Source: Camelus ferus (lineage: Eukaryota). Taken from it: a DNA stretch of 64,000 nt. Shown in pieces: positions 38,911 to 62,375 of the stretch. Position 1 is the first letter of the stretch. Each line of letters begins with the position of its first letter. The DNA is taken from assembly GCF_009834535.1 (NCBI RefSeq), contig NC_045711.1, positions 41,044,001-41,108,000 on the forward strand. Direction: 5' to 3'. A model generated the notes under the pieces. That model saw only the letters and a program-made list of their open reading frames with translations. It searched no databases and was not told the origin of the DNA. The translations under genes and the position numbers were made by a program.

Positions 38911-39479
38911 GTATATTTCATGTATTTCTTCAAGCTCACTGTATCTTATTTCATGGATGGGTGGTAGGTGAATGAAGTCTGGAGAGAGGCAGCTTGGCCC
39001 TTCTGCCTGGTTACTCCACACACACCCCTCCCACTGCATCCAGAGCCAAAGCCAGCTGCCTCACCGCCACCTTTTCTTGCTTCCCCAAATACTCGGCACT
39101 GGACTGCTTGTTCCCTGGCTCACAGCCTAGTGGGGAACAGACAAGGCTTCATTCTCTTACCTTCTCCATCCCCCTTCGGGGTAGGCCCTGGTGAATAAGT
39201 GGGTGAGGACAGAGAAACAGTTCCTTACTCAGTACCCTGTCTTGGACTCCCCACACTGTTGGTGCCTCTGTCCCAACTATCCCATCCTTGGTGATTGTTT
39301 AGGTGCCTCTCCTTCACCAGACCAGGCTTCATCCCCAACATCCAGCACAGTGCCCTGCACAAAGTAAAGGCAACTGTGGCAGAAATGAGGGCAAGGCCAT
39401 TTCCTGCCCAGGGGACCCTGGTGGCAGGGATCCACGAGGTGGGAGGGGGACAGTTCACAACAACCTCCGAGATTCTGGC

Positions 39480-39730
39480 AACCTAGTCACTCCACCTCGT
39501 CGCCCCGCCCCTATAGGCGTGGCCTTACCGCAGACTCCAGTCCTGCGGAGGGGGCGTGGCCAGGGCCGGGACGTGCCGGCCCCGCCCACCGGGGAGTCAC
39601 GTAGCTCTGCGGCATCCGCAGCCTCATTTAGAGGAGCCAGGGTTGGGTCCGCAGCAGCTTTCGTTCCTGAGCTCGAGCTGTTCCTGTAGCTGCCGCAGCT
39701 AACTCGCTGCGCACAGGTGAGGCCCAGGGA
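39480..39730 (+). promoter_or_regulatory. ALDOC CpG-rich promoter and non-coding exon 1
   Basis: GC/KLF boxes (GGGGCGTGGC, CCCCGCCC), several RCGTG cores, and donor CAG|GTGAGG at 39716/39717. Confidence 0.7.
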
Positions 39731-40000
39731 GAAGCGGGAGCTGCTCAGCCTTGCTGCTTCCTCTCCCTGACTCTTCTGTCATCCTTGCCTTGCTCCCGGG
39801 GGCCCCTTGATGTGCCTTCTCAGCTCTCTCCTTACCTTTTCTCTCCTTTCTGTCCACTGGAAACCCCATGGCTCAGCCTCTCCCACGGCACTTCTTCCTC
39901 TTAGCTCTCACGCCTGGACCTCAGCTTTTCCAGTCCCAACTCTTCCTCTGCTTACCGGGTTTTTCCTTGGGGTCAGCCTCTCCCACCTAGACCATTTTAA

Positions 40001-40105
40001 AAATTAATTAATTGATTAATTTTAAAATGGAGGTCCTGGGGATTAAACCCAGGACCTCGTGCATGCGTATGCTCTACCACTGAGCTATACCCACCCCCAC
40101 TATCC
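40001..40105 (-). mobile_element. tRNA-derived camelid-type SINE in ALDOC intron 1
   Basis: Reverse-complement head (ggaggtcctggggattaaacccaggacc...tgagctatacccacccc). TSD agaccattttaa at 39989-40000 and 40106-40117. Confidence 0.85.
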
Positions 40106-40926
40106 AGACCATTTTAATCTCAGCCTCCTCCCTCTCCTAGGCTGAGTTCCTTCTCCAATTCTCCTGCCTTCTTGATCCTCCTAGTCTAGGTACCCTTTAC
40201 CTATTTAGCCTGTCTCCCTGTCACCACCCCACTAGGCTTCTCCCTCCTCCTGCATCTCTCCCTTCTTTCCTCAGGCTCTCTCCTCATTCCTTTCAACTGT
40301 GATTCTCTGCTCTCATCTGCTGATTGCCTAGGCAGTCAGGTTTGGGCTATAGAAGAAGAGGTTATGGGAGCCTGTGGCCATGTTTTGTGACATTCCTACT
40401 CCCTACCTGCCCCTCCTCCCACCCTTTTCCTCCAGAAGCGGAAGGAAGAGGGAATAATGGGTGTTTTTGCCTCATTCTGAAGCCTTCGAAGTAAGTGCAC
40501 TTTTCCTCAGAGCCCTGCTGAGAATGAGAAGAGGGAAGCTGGAAAGACCAGGGCTTGTGTCTACCTGAAGAAAGGGCCAAATTCAGTCAAAGAAGGATTG
40601 GCATCTTTGTCTGGGCAATAGTTTCTTAAGAAGATCTGTAGCTTCGGGGTTGCTCACCTCCCCATCCCCACCCTGGGGCTGGGAAGGGTGCCCACCAGGG
40701 ACAAAAGGAGGTGTGGGAACTGGGGCCCTAAGCCTGTTAGCTGTCAGAGGGATTGTGGTGCCACTTCAAGGCCCAGGACTCCTGCCAAGGACTGATGCTC
40801 TGTTCCCAGCTCCTGCTTGTTGGGGAGAAGGAAAAGGTTGGCCCATATGGACAAGAGAGGAAGCAGAGGAGGTGGTGGGTGGGGTCCAGCTTTTATGTCT
40901 TGTCTCCATTCCACAGGGCTGTCACC

Positions 40927-42931
<2,005 letters not shown>

Positions 42932-43312
42932 GTACCCACTCCATACCACAGCCCTCGGCTTGACCACCTGCACCCAGTTTTGCCTGTAGTTATGGCCAGG
43001 GCCAAATAGCCATGCAGAGCAGAGATACCGCCATCCAGCACTGAGTCATCTTCCTTTTTTTCTCCTCCCCTCCCGTTTCCAATTGCTGCACCTGGGACCA
43101 TTGGATGGGAGGATAGGGAGCCCCTCAAAGGGCAGGAGAACTTGCTAGAAGTCAGAGCAGGATGCCTGGGTCTCCCCCTGCCTCTTCCAGCTCCCACAAT
43201 TTCCTCATGGTGGGGTTGCTTCTCCTTGGGCTTTCCTTGCCCGCCCTCTCTCCTGGGACCAGAGGGTAGGACACCAGAGCTGACTCATGCTTTGGGTACA
43301 TACCATATAGCA

Positions 43313-43318
43313 AATAAA
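43313..43318 (+). terminator. ALDOC poly(A) signal
   Basis: First AATAAA after the stop, with a downstream GU-rich tract (tttgtctgtctgtttt). Confidence 0.8.
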
Positions 43319-44119
43319 TGGTAGCAAAACATGCTACTTTGTCTGTCTGTTTTACACATCCAATTCCCACCTCCATGTTTCTGATCTCTGCTGACTCTAT
43401 CTCTGAGCCCTCTCTGACTGTGGAGGTGGAGAGGGTGAGTTTTGAGTTGTACTGGGCTTTAAGTTTATGGGGGATGGGCATACCCAGTCACCATTCCCAG
43501 CTCAGGCTCTTGCCTGTTCATGTCCAAGCTGGAGCGTGGCAGTGTGGAGGGCTGCTAGTCTTTCAGGAATTGCCACTTCAGAGGCACTTGGCTGCAGCTG
43601 CAGAAGGATGGAATGAGGCAAGACTTGAGCAACTCCTGAAGGCAGCTTTTGCACAAGGCCCAAAACTGGGATAAGAAAGGTTGGGAGTCTCTTACTTAGC
43701 TGTGTTGAGCCCTGCTGGGACTTCATGCATTTCGATAGGGGAAGCCACTGCAGGATGAGCACCTGGGCTTCTGCACAACAGGGAAAATCTGCAAGGCTCA
43801 GGACTGCCAGACTCAGCAGGGTACCTAGGAGGTTGCCAAGCGCTTTTGCCCACTCTCATTTGGGATAGATGAGGGCACAGAGGGAGCCAATTTAAGGGTC
43901 TGGGCAAAAGCAGACCTGGTGAGGTCTCATGCTGAACTTTGACCACTTGGCTGGTCAAGAAGCTGGGTCTATCTGAGCAGATGAAACAACGAGAGAACCT
44001 GCTGGTTGTGTTCTGTGTGAACTGGGGAGGCCATGCTCTATGTAAAGTACACAACAAATGCTCCATCCAGCTATTTAAAATTGCAATAGGGGAATGTGAG
44101 CCCAGTGTGGCCTGATCTT

Positions 44120-44690
44120 ATATTAACAAAAATAGCTAATGCTTACATAGCACTTTCCTACCAGGTCCTATTCTAATCACTTTACATTTATTAACTCATT
44201 TACTACAACAATTTTATATAAACTGGATACTATTACTATCCCTATTTTAATATGAGGAAACAGGCCCAGAGAGGTTAACTTCTCAAGATCACTCAGGTTA
44301 AGTGGTGAAGCTAGGATTTGAACCCAAGTGATCAGGATCCAGAGTCTGTGATCATGAATTTTCAAGAATTTTAAGTCAAGTATCCAGACTTTTACAAGTT
44401 GGAAGTGAATTCAAAAGCATTTGAAAAATATTGAACGAGCCAAATATTCTAAAAAGATATTACTAGCTTGCATCTCCGGAAGAGGAGCTCTGTGATAGTG
44501 ATGATAAGCAATGATCGTGATAGGTGACTTTTGATTGCTTTCCGTGTGCCAGGCCCCATTCTTTACATGAATGGCCTCAATTTAGTAAATATCTCCATTT
44601 TTCATGTGAGAAAACTGAGGCTTAGAGCTTCCTGTGGTCGTCCAGCTAGTATTTAACAGCTGCAGAGTTTGTGCTCTTAACCTTTGGGGC
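44120..44690. mobile_element. Two MIR fragments between ALDOC and the PIGS promoter
   Basis: MIR cores cctattttaatatgaggaaacaggcccagagaggttaac and ccatttttcatgtgagaaaactgaggcttagag. Confidence 0.65.
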
Positions 44691-44749
44691 TAGGAGTATG
44701 TTCCATAAGGAAGGAGGGCACTAATCAAGTGAATGTTTTTTGACAACGC

Positions 44750-54708
<9,959 letters not shown>

Positions 54709-55249
54709 GCAGGGCAGCATCTCAGTAGGAAGCCTTCCTTTCTGGTCAGGATGAGAGTTGTTAGATTGAGAGGCAGGTAAATGAGGCCCTTCACGGGTGA
54801 CTTGTCTCCAGCCTCCTCTGTCGCCACTCTAGCAGTCAAAGTATAACACTCCAAGAGGGTTTCATCCTTCCTTTCCTTTCTTCTGGCTCAGGTCCCCCCC
54901 CACTTCATCCCCCCTACCCCATCCTCAAAAGACACATCATCTGGGTCTTCTTAACTTGGTTTAAACTTGAAGGCCCTTTTCTGTCTCCCTCTGGAGTAGG
55001 GGCATCTTATGCCTCTGCCCTATTCCTCACAGTCCTCTTGCACTGAGCCCTGGGTTGGATTCTAGGCCCCTCCCCTCCATGCTTCTCTCTGACCCCTCAG
55101 GGAAAGCCCTAGCACTGGTCTCATGGAAGGGGCCAGGTACCTGTCACTTCTGGGCCCTTCTCCCTTACTCCCCTCCCTCCTGGCTGGCTACACCTGTTGG
55201 GTGAAGCCTGATGCTATATGTGGCAGAGGTTCTCTACCCTTTCATAGAG

Positions 55250-55500
55250 GCAGTGTGGTACAGCAGGGAGAGTTCCGGGTTTGAGATCAAACATGCCTGA
55301 ATTCAAACCTTGCTTCTGCCCTTATCATCTAGGGAGCTTTGAATAAGCTACTTAGTCCTCTCTGAGCCTCAGTTTTTCATTGTTAAAATAGCTCTAATGA
55401 TACCTCCCTTACAAGGTGGTTGTGAGGATTAAATGTGATGAGCATGTGAAAGTGTCTGGCATATTCTAGGCTCTCAATAAACATCGAATGAATGTGAATT
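55250..55500. mobile_element. MIR SINE in the PIGS 3' UTR region
   Basis: MIR core: gcagtgtggta...ctctgagcctcagtttttcattgttaaaatag...tgtgaggattaaatgtg...tcaataaa. Confidence 0.75.
55476..55481 (+). terminator. Probable PIGS poly(A) signal, inside a MIR
   Basis: First AATAAA after the PIGS stop. An ATTAAA at 55428-55433 lies in the same MIR. Confidence 0.6.
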
Positions 55501-55790
55501 GGAATGATACAAACTATGAGCATACCTTTCATTCTTTATTCGTGTATAAGTAATGATTTCCTGGTAACTGTTCTCTTGGGCTCGCTAGTCCACTTTGTTT
55601 CCATCTAGTCATGTGCCCTTCCTGCCTCCCTGTCCTGGAGGGCCCTGTGGTGACTAGACACTTGTAGACTTTTGTCCCTCAGTATATCCTGGGTTGTAGC
55701 ATCTACTTCTGCTTTTTAGCAGGGGGTCTGGGAGATAATAGCTTGTACCAGTGTAAGCCCTCAGATTCATAAATTCAAAAGAAGAATGTA

Positions 55791-56005
55791 CAGTTGACCC
55801 TTAAACAGTGTCAGGGTTGGGGCACCCACTCTCCATGTATTCAAAAATCAGGGTATAATTTATATTTGGCCTTGTGTATCTACAATTTCGCATCCGCAGA
55901 GTCAGCCAACCTCCCATCGTGTAGTACTGTAGTCTTTTCTATTGAAAAAAATCCACATATAAGTGGACCCACGCACTTCAAATCCATGTTGTTTAAGGGT
56001 CAACT
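55791..56005. mobile_element. MER8-like Tigger2-derived MITE (TcMar)
   Basis: 16-bp perfect terminal inverted repeats agttgacccttaaaca / tgtttaagggtcaact, a TA immediately 5', and internal gaaaaaaatccacatataagtggaccc. Confidence 0.8.
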
Positions 56006-56439
56006 CTTGAGCACAGGCTGCAATGGGAATAGGTGCTGGGTATTGTAGAGAACAAAGACAAAATCTCTGCTTTCACAGAACTGATTTTTAGGAGGGTGAG
56101 TCAGTGAACAAATGAAACTAATTTAAGATAATGTATTAGAAAGAAAAAAACAGGCTGATTAGACAGTGACTCGGGGATAATACTTTAGATTGGGTGTTTG
56201 AGAGGGCGTCTGAGCAGATGTCATTGGGACTGAGACCAGAAGGACCAGAGGAGGCCATCTGGGGAAGAGCATCCCAGGCAAAGACCCTGAGAACTCGCTT
56301 GCGAGGCAGAGGGACGAGTGGAGTGGCCTGAGCACAGAGAGTAAGAAGAGAAGGTAGCCAGGACTCCGTAAGTGCCTATCGAAAGAATGAATGAAGCCTA
56401 AAGAATGAATGAAGCCAGGGGCGAGCCCCTATCCTGTCC

Positions 56440-57000
56440 TGGGTGAGAAGCCCAGGTGGGCGGGGCCAGTGCCCGGCCCACCCCGGGGGCGGAGCGGTAC
56501 CTGGGGCCCCGGCCGGGGGCGGGGCTGCGGACGCTCCCCCTTCTCTCGGATCCAGCAGGCGCAGGCAGCCGTGGTGGCAGCAGGCGAGCCGCGGCCCCGC
56601 GAGGCCATGAAGGTGAAGGGTGGCGGCAGGGCCGGGACGGGGGTGGAGCCCGCTCCAGGGGCCTCGGGCCCTAGCGTGGACCCCAAACCGGAGCCGCAGG
56701 CGGAATCCGAATCCGGGTCCGAGTCGGAGCTGGAGGCAGGCCCGGGGCCCAGGCTGGGGCCGCTGCAGAGGAAACCGCCGATTGGGCCGGAGGACGTGCT
56801 GGGGCTGCAGCGGATCACGGGTGGTGAGCACCGGAGAGGGAGCGCCGCCCGCGGGCGGGAGCGAGAGAGCGCGGGAGGGGGCCCTCGAGGCGCGCGGAGC
56901 CCGGGCCCCCGCCCCCTTTCTCGCCCTCACTGCCCCCCGCCTCCCCTCCCCCACCCGGATCCCCCTCGCCTGTGTCCCCTACCCTTCTGCCTCCAATCCT
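56440..57000 (+). promoter_or_regulatory. UNC119 CpG island (promoter, exon 1, start of intron 1)
   Basis: Very GC- and CpG-rich with multiple GGGCGG boxes around the ATG at 56607. Confidence 0.7.
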
Positions 57001-60000
57001 GAGATCTCCATGTCCCCCCTTTCCTTGATCTTTCTCTGCGCCCCTTCTCCCTTTAGAGATTTATTACCACCTCACTCCTTCCTTTTCGAGAAGTCCATCT
57101 CCCTTTCCCATGGTGGAGGTGGGGCAGCAGCTGCAACTTACCCCTTCCTGGTAGTCTTCAGAGCCCTTTGAAGATTTTCTCTGCAATTTTGAGGAGGGGG
57201 GCTGAGTGCAGTCTGTCCTGTCTCCTCCACCCTTGAGCCTTGGTGGAGGCTGAGTTACTTAGGTGGCATTAAGACCCTCAGTTCTCCCAGCCATTAATGC
57301 CCTCACCCTGGACACCCCAGGAAGTCTGGAGCCATACCCTGTACCCAGGGAAGGACCTGAGCAGGAATTTTCAGTTGGTTCCCTCTGAGGCCTCTCAAGG
57401 GATGCCCCTCTAGCCTAGACTAAGGTTAATGCCCCCCCCCCCCTTAGCCTGGACTAGGGCCTGTTCTCTTCTGGGAGGCCAAGTCTCCACTGTGGTTGAG
57501 TTTCTGAGTTGGACTGCCTAAGTTGAAGTTTCAGGTTTGCCGTGTAATTGGCTGTGTGACCTTGGGCTAATAACGTCACCTCTCTGAGCATATTCATCTG
57601 CAAAATGGGGATAATGACACCTTCCCTACAGAGCTATTGTGAAAATAAATCCTCTGATTTTGCACTGTGCCTGGCATAATGTGCGTGCTCTGTAAATAGG
57701 GCTCTTTTATCAGTAGTACTGAGGGCCCCACAGGACTGCTCATGGCTGCTGCCTAGAAGCAGACAACTGGGCATTCAGGGCAGGGGAGGGGGCCACTATA
57801 GGCAGGGAACAACGGTTAGAAAGTCTCGTGGCAGAGGCAGTGGCTGAGCCTCAAAGAACAGAAGGCATTTGGAGAGGCAATGGCCTTCTACCTTGGTCTC
57901 ATTCATCAGTAATCCTGCCCTGGCTCCCTCTGCGAGAGCAACTTTCTTGGAGCCCTTCTGTAGGGGTGAGGGGGCAGATGCTGGAGTGGACCTGAGCTCT
58001 GGAGCTGCAGAAGCAGCAGAGCTCAGGGCTTCCAGACAGAGCTGTGGAGGAGACCATGAAGACAGGTCTAGGCCTGTGCATCTGGGTCCCCGGGGGACCA
58101 GTATCTCCCTCCTCTCTGAGCCAGGCAGCAGCCATTCTTGGCTGGGCCCCCAGAGCACTGAGCTGCCTTGCTCAAACAGGCAGTGGTAGGGGGAGGGGAC
58201 CTGGACCAATCTGATGTTGGTGTTAATTGGGCTGTAATTCGCAATAGCAGCATTTAGGATTCAGGTTAGTTCTGGGGCAGAACTTCCTTATAAGGTATCC
58301 AGCCTTTCCGGGTCCTAGGTTAATTTAGAGGTTATTTCACAACTATGGGAGCTTCGAGCCCATGTACAACTGTGTCTCTAAATTTGGAGGAAATTTATGG
58401 CCCTTCAAGATGCAGCATCTGAGGGGGATGAGTAGAGAACGGGGCTTCACAGGAGCTCTTTCCTTTGTAGAAGCTGAGAACAGGGTTACAGGACTCTCCT
58501 CACCCTAGGAACCTCTGCCTGGTCTCTTCTGACCCTAATCACATAGGTCTGGGTTAGCTCTTCCTGGATTACCCAGCCCTGAATCCAGCTTAGGAAGTTA
58601 TTTGTGGCTGAGGGGAAGGGAGCAGTTGTGTTCTAAGCCCTTGGCCACCCTGCCGCTTATCTGGCCTGACCCTGGGTCCGAGACCTCATCCTTCTCTGGC
58701 AGAGGGAGGGCTTAGCTGTGGTATCCTGAGCCATGGGTATCTGCTGTTCCTTACTTCCTCTAAAGACAGAGGGGTTGATAGGTTGGGTTTGCAGTAGATG
58801 AGACTAAGGTCAGTCTGCAAGTTGTTCTCAAATGAGAGGAGAGTCTCCAAAAGTTAGAATGGAGGAAGAAGGAGGGCTTTATGAGGATCCAGGAGCTGGG
58901 CAACTAGGATCCAGTTCCCAGTTCTGCCACATCCTCTCCTTATGCCCTTCACCTTCGTTCTACACCTTTGGATTAGTGCCTACTTTCTGTTAAAATTGTG
59001 TACAGGGTGAGGTAGGGGCTGCCCACTTCTATTCCTCTCCTCTCCTCTCCCTACTATGGGCTGTGATGGGCAGGCCAGGGCTCAGGCCCCTTCCCAAGCC
59101 CTGTGAAGTTCCTGTTGGGCCCCAAGGTGCCAGAGTGGCTACCAGGAGGGCTTCCTGGAGGGGGCTGCCCCAGGCTTGGGGAAGAGAGAATGACTTTACA
59201 TTCACTTCCTCTTCCTACCCCAGAGGAATAGGAGGTGGCACAGGGGCCTGGAGGGTGATTTCCGGGTCTCTATGGGGAGGATGTGATGCTGTGCAGGCTG
59301 ATAGCCTCAGAGCCCACGCTGTACCTCGCTGCTCCTTCCTATTTGCTGCTGGGGCCTCCCTGAGTGCTTTCAGTTGCTGCTGCAAGGGCAGTGAGGGTTA
59401 GATCAGGCCCTGTTATTCCTGAGCTTCCTCATGCAGGGATCACCATTGTTCTTGGTTCCTCTTCTAGGCTCGAGGACTCTCCTTACCCCATGCACACTCC
59501 CTCCTGCACCTGCCGCACTCTCTTCCTGGCCTTGCCTATGCTCTTCTCTCTGGGGCCAAGGCTGGATAGGTGACCTATGAGGGGGTTCCTTCTGTTTGCT
59601 AAGACCTTCTTCCATTTGAAGATCAACAGGGGATGGGAGTAAGGGTGACTCCCTTCCCCCCAATATTCCAGGCTCTGGGCTTGAGTCAGCAGAGCTTTGG
59701 CTAAGCTGCTTAAGGGAGCTGGGTTTGTATAAGCCTCTTATGGGGAGAGGCGGGGCCTGGGCGGGGGTGTATGTGTGTGTGTGTGAGGAGGAACAGGGAA
59801 GGGGTGGTTTCTGTGCCCTAACACTACCCAGATCAGAGAAAGTCCTTGCCTGACACACCAAGATGAGGCACCAGAGGCCGCTATGGAGTGGGGGTGGGGG
59901 TGGGAGTGTCGTCTCCAGAGGTAGAGCTGTGTCACCCCCTTAGAGCAAGGCTCCCCAAAGCAGAACTGTATCTTCCCTCTCATGTTGGGGTTGCTCCCCA

Positions 60001-61802
60001 TCAGATTAGTGACCCATTTGACTCAAAGTCACCAAGCTAACCCTGGCAAAGCAGAGGCTGGAATAAAGACCCTCAACTGGGTGGTAGAGCAAGTGTGAGG
60101 GAGGTGGCCTTGACCTCCTCACTGCCCCTCCCTGACCCCAGAGGCTAGTAGGATGGAGCCATGTGGCCCCCCTTAGATCCCAATGTCAGAGCTATGTCTC
60201 CCCCACACTCTGGAGGCTCCACCAGGTCAGGGGTTCAGGTCTCTCTTTCTGAAGGCAGTGACCTTAGGGATCAGAGAAAGTGGTAGGTAGGTCAGGATCC
60301 CACGAAAGCTGAGCTGGCAGCAGGGGCTTCCGGGTAGGCCCCTTCTTTGCTCAGCTGCCCATCTCCTCTAGACTACCTGTGCTCCCCTGAGGAAAATATC
60401 TACAAGATTGACTTCGTCAGGTTCAAGATTCGGGACATGGATTCAGGCACTGTCCTTTTTGAAATCAAGAAGCCTCCAGCCTCAGGTGAGTGGGTTGGGT
60501 GGGCCATCGACAGAGGAAGGATGGTGAGGTCTGTGAAGTGGGCTGCCCAGGGACTCCTCAGGCCACAGAGGAGTCAGAGCAGAGCTGGGACTTGGGCCTT
60601 TCCAGGAGTCAGCAGGCTGGGGGACCTCTGCCTGGGCCTGAGCCTATTCTTCCCCTGTGTTTCTGGGGTTAGACCTCTTGGGAGGGTAGTCCGGCCTCTT
60701 CAGTCCCTGCCAGCCTGCCCTCTGCATGCCTGCCTGGGAACTACAGTCCTGGAGACCCCAGGTCTTTTTGTCTCCTGTGGCTCTGGGAACCTTAGTTGAA
60801 ATTGGTGACTGGCTGACCGAGAACCCCCAGTTGGAAGCATTCAGCCAATGGTCTGAACCCTCAGTGTGCATCAGGATCTCCTGGGGAGTTTTGAAAGTTC
60901 AGACAGAGGCGGGCCCTATGGTCAAAACTTGGGTGGCCATCGGCCCCAGCCTGAAGCCCACTGAGCCCCAGCTGGGGTGCATTACAGAGCGGTTGCCCGT
61001 CAACCTGCGGGACCTGGACCCCAATGCTGGGCGCTTTGTCCGCTACCAGTTCACGCCTGCCTTCCTCCGCCTGAGGCAGGTGGGAGCCACGTGAGTCACT
61101 GGGCCAGGGTGAGGGCTGGGGGTTGGGAAGAGGTGGGAGCGAGCCCTTCCTGAGTTCTTACTGAGCCCCTCTGAGGGATGGTCTCTCCAGAGCGTGGCTG
61201 GCCACCCTATGGCCCAGCTCAGCCCCACCCCCTTCTCTCACTCAGAGTGGAGTTCACAGTGGGAGACAAGCCTGTCAACAACTTCCGCATGATTGAGAGG
61301 CACTACTTCCGCAACCAGCTGCTCAAAAGCTTTGACTTCCACTTCGGCTTCTGCATCCCCAGCAGCAAGAACACCTGCGAGCACATCTATGACTTTCCCC
61401 CTCTCTCTGAGGAGCTGAGTGCGTGGGCAGGGCCCAGGGGAGGGGCTCAAGGGGGACCAGAGAGACCAGGTTGGAGGGAGTGTGGGTCTGAGCCCCTGTC
61501 CTCCCACCCTGGGTCCCCTGTGTCTTGTCACCATTCCCATGTCACTTATAGGGAAACCGAGACTCAAAGAGGCCGGTGTGCGGGGGTACCTTTTGTTCAG
61601 CTTGTCCCCATCCCCTAGTCCTGAAGCCCCTGCAGTAGTCTGGCTCAGGCTCCTGACCTTTGCCCCAACTGACTGGGCCTCTCTTGCAGTCAACGAGATG
61701 ATCCGTCACCCCTATGAAACACAGTCTGACAGCTTCTACTTCGTGGATGACCGGCTGGTGATGCACAACAAAGCAGACTATTCCTACAGTGGGACGCCCT
61801 GA
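56607..61802 (+). CDS. UNC119: UNC119 (HRG4) myristoyl-cargo lipid-binding chaperone, 239 aa
   Basis: Exons: 56607-56823, 60372-60485, 60988-61090, 61246-61418, 61690-61802; total 720 nt. The peptide [34 protein letters not shown]...FRMIERHYF...[13 protein letters not shown] matches the UNC119 PrBP/delta-like domain. Confidence 0.96.
57500..57720. mobile_element. MIR in UNC119 intron 1
   Basis: gctgtgtgaccttgggc...ctctgagc...catctgcaaaatggggataatga core. Confidence 0.7.
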
Positions 61803-62369
61803 CCCCCAAACTGCCCCCCACCCCAGGAGGGTCCTGGGCCGTCAACCATGACCACCCCACCACTCACCTCTCAACCCTAAGTCTTCTGCCTGAGGAATGT
61901 TCCAGAAGCCCTGGACCCTGAGTCACTGTTGGGTGGGAGGGTGCCTGATGTCTCCAGCCCAAGTCCATGCAGCCCATGGGGCCTGGCACATGGGGTGGGA
62001 TGGTAGGAGGGCCGTTTGCCTCCGTGTCCAGGAAGGCCTCCTATGAGAGGAGTAGCTAGGACTTCCCAACAAACTAGCTGGGCCTCTTGGGCCCAAGTGT
62101 CAGAATAGTGTTCCCCTATCCAGGTTTGACTAGGTTGGGGCAGGGACCCATTCCCTGTCCCCGGCCCACCACCAACAGACCATTTAGAGTTGTAAATTCA
62201 CAGATGAAGATCCATGTGGGATCTGGCAGTCAAGCTTCCCAAGGGAGTCTGGGCCCTGACTCTAGCCCTGGCCGTCACCATCAGGGGCTGAGATACTGCC
62301 TGAGGGGTGGGAGGGACCCACCCTGATTGCAGCCTGTGGTAGGGGCTGGACGAGCTGTACATAGTTTTC

Positions 62370-62375
62370 AATAAA
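62370..62375 (+). terminator. UNC119 poly(A) signal
   Basis: AATAAA followed by U/GU-rich sequence. A second AATAAA lies at 62557-62562. Confidence 0.75.

Noticed and set aside
56376-56954. 192-aa and 129-aa minus-strand ORFs over UNC119 exon 1
   Set aside because: Low-complexity Pro/Gly/Arg shadow frames of a CpG island with no recognisable domain.
59400-60100. Possible retina-specific internal UNC119 promoter (TATAAG, GC box, GATTA) and an intronic AATAAA near 60062
   Set aside because: Short motifs at chance frequency with no supporting exon structure.
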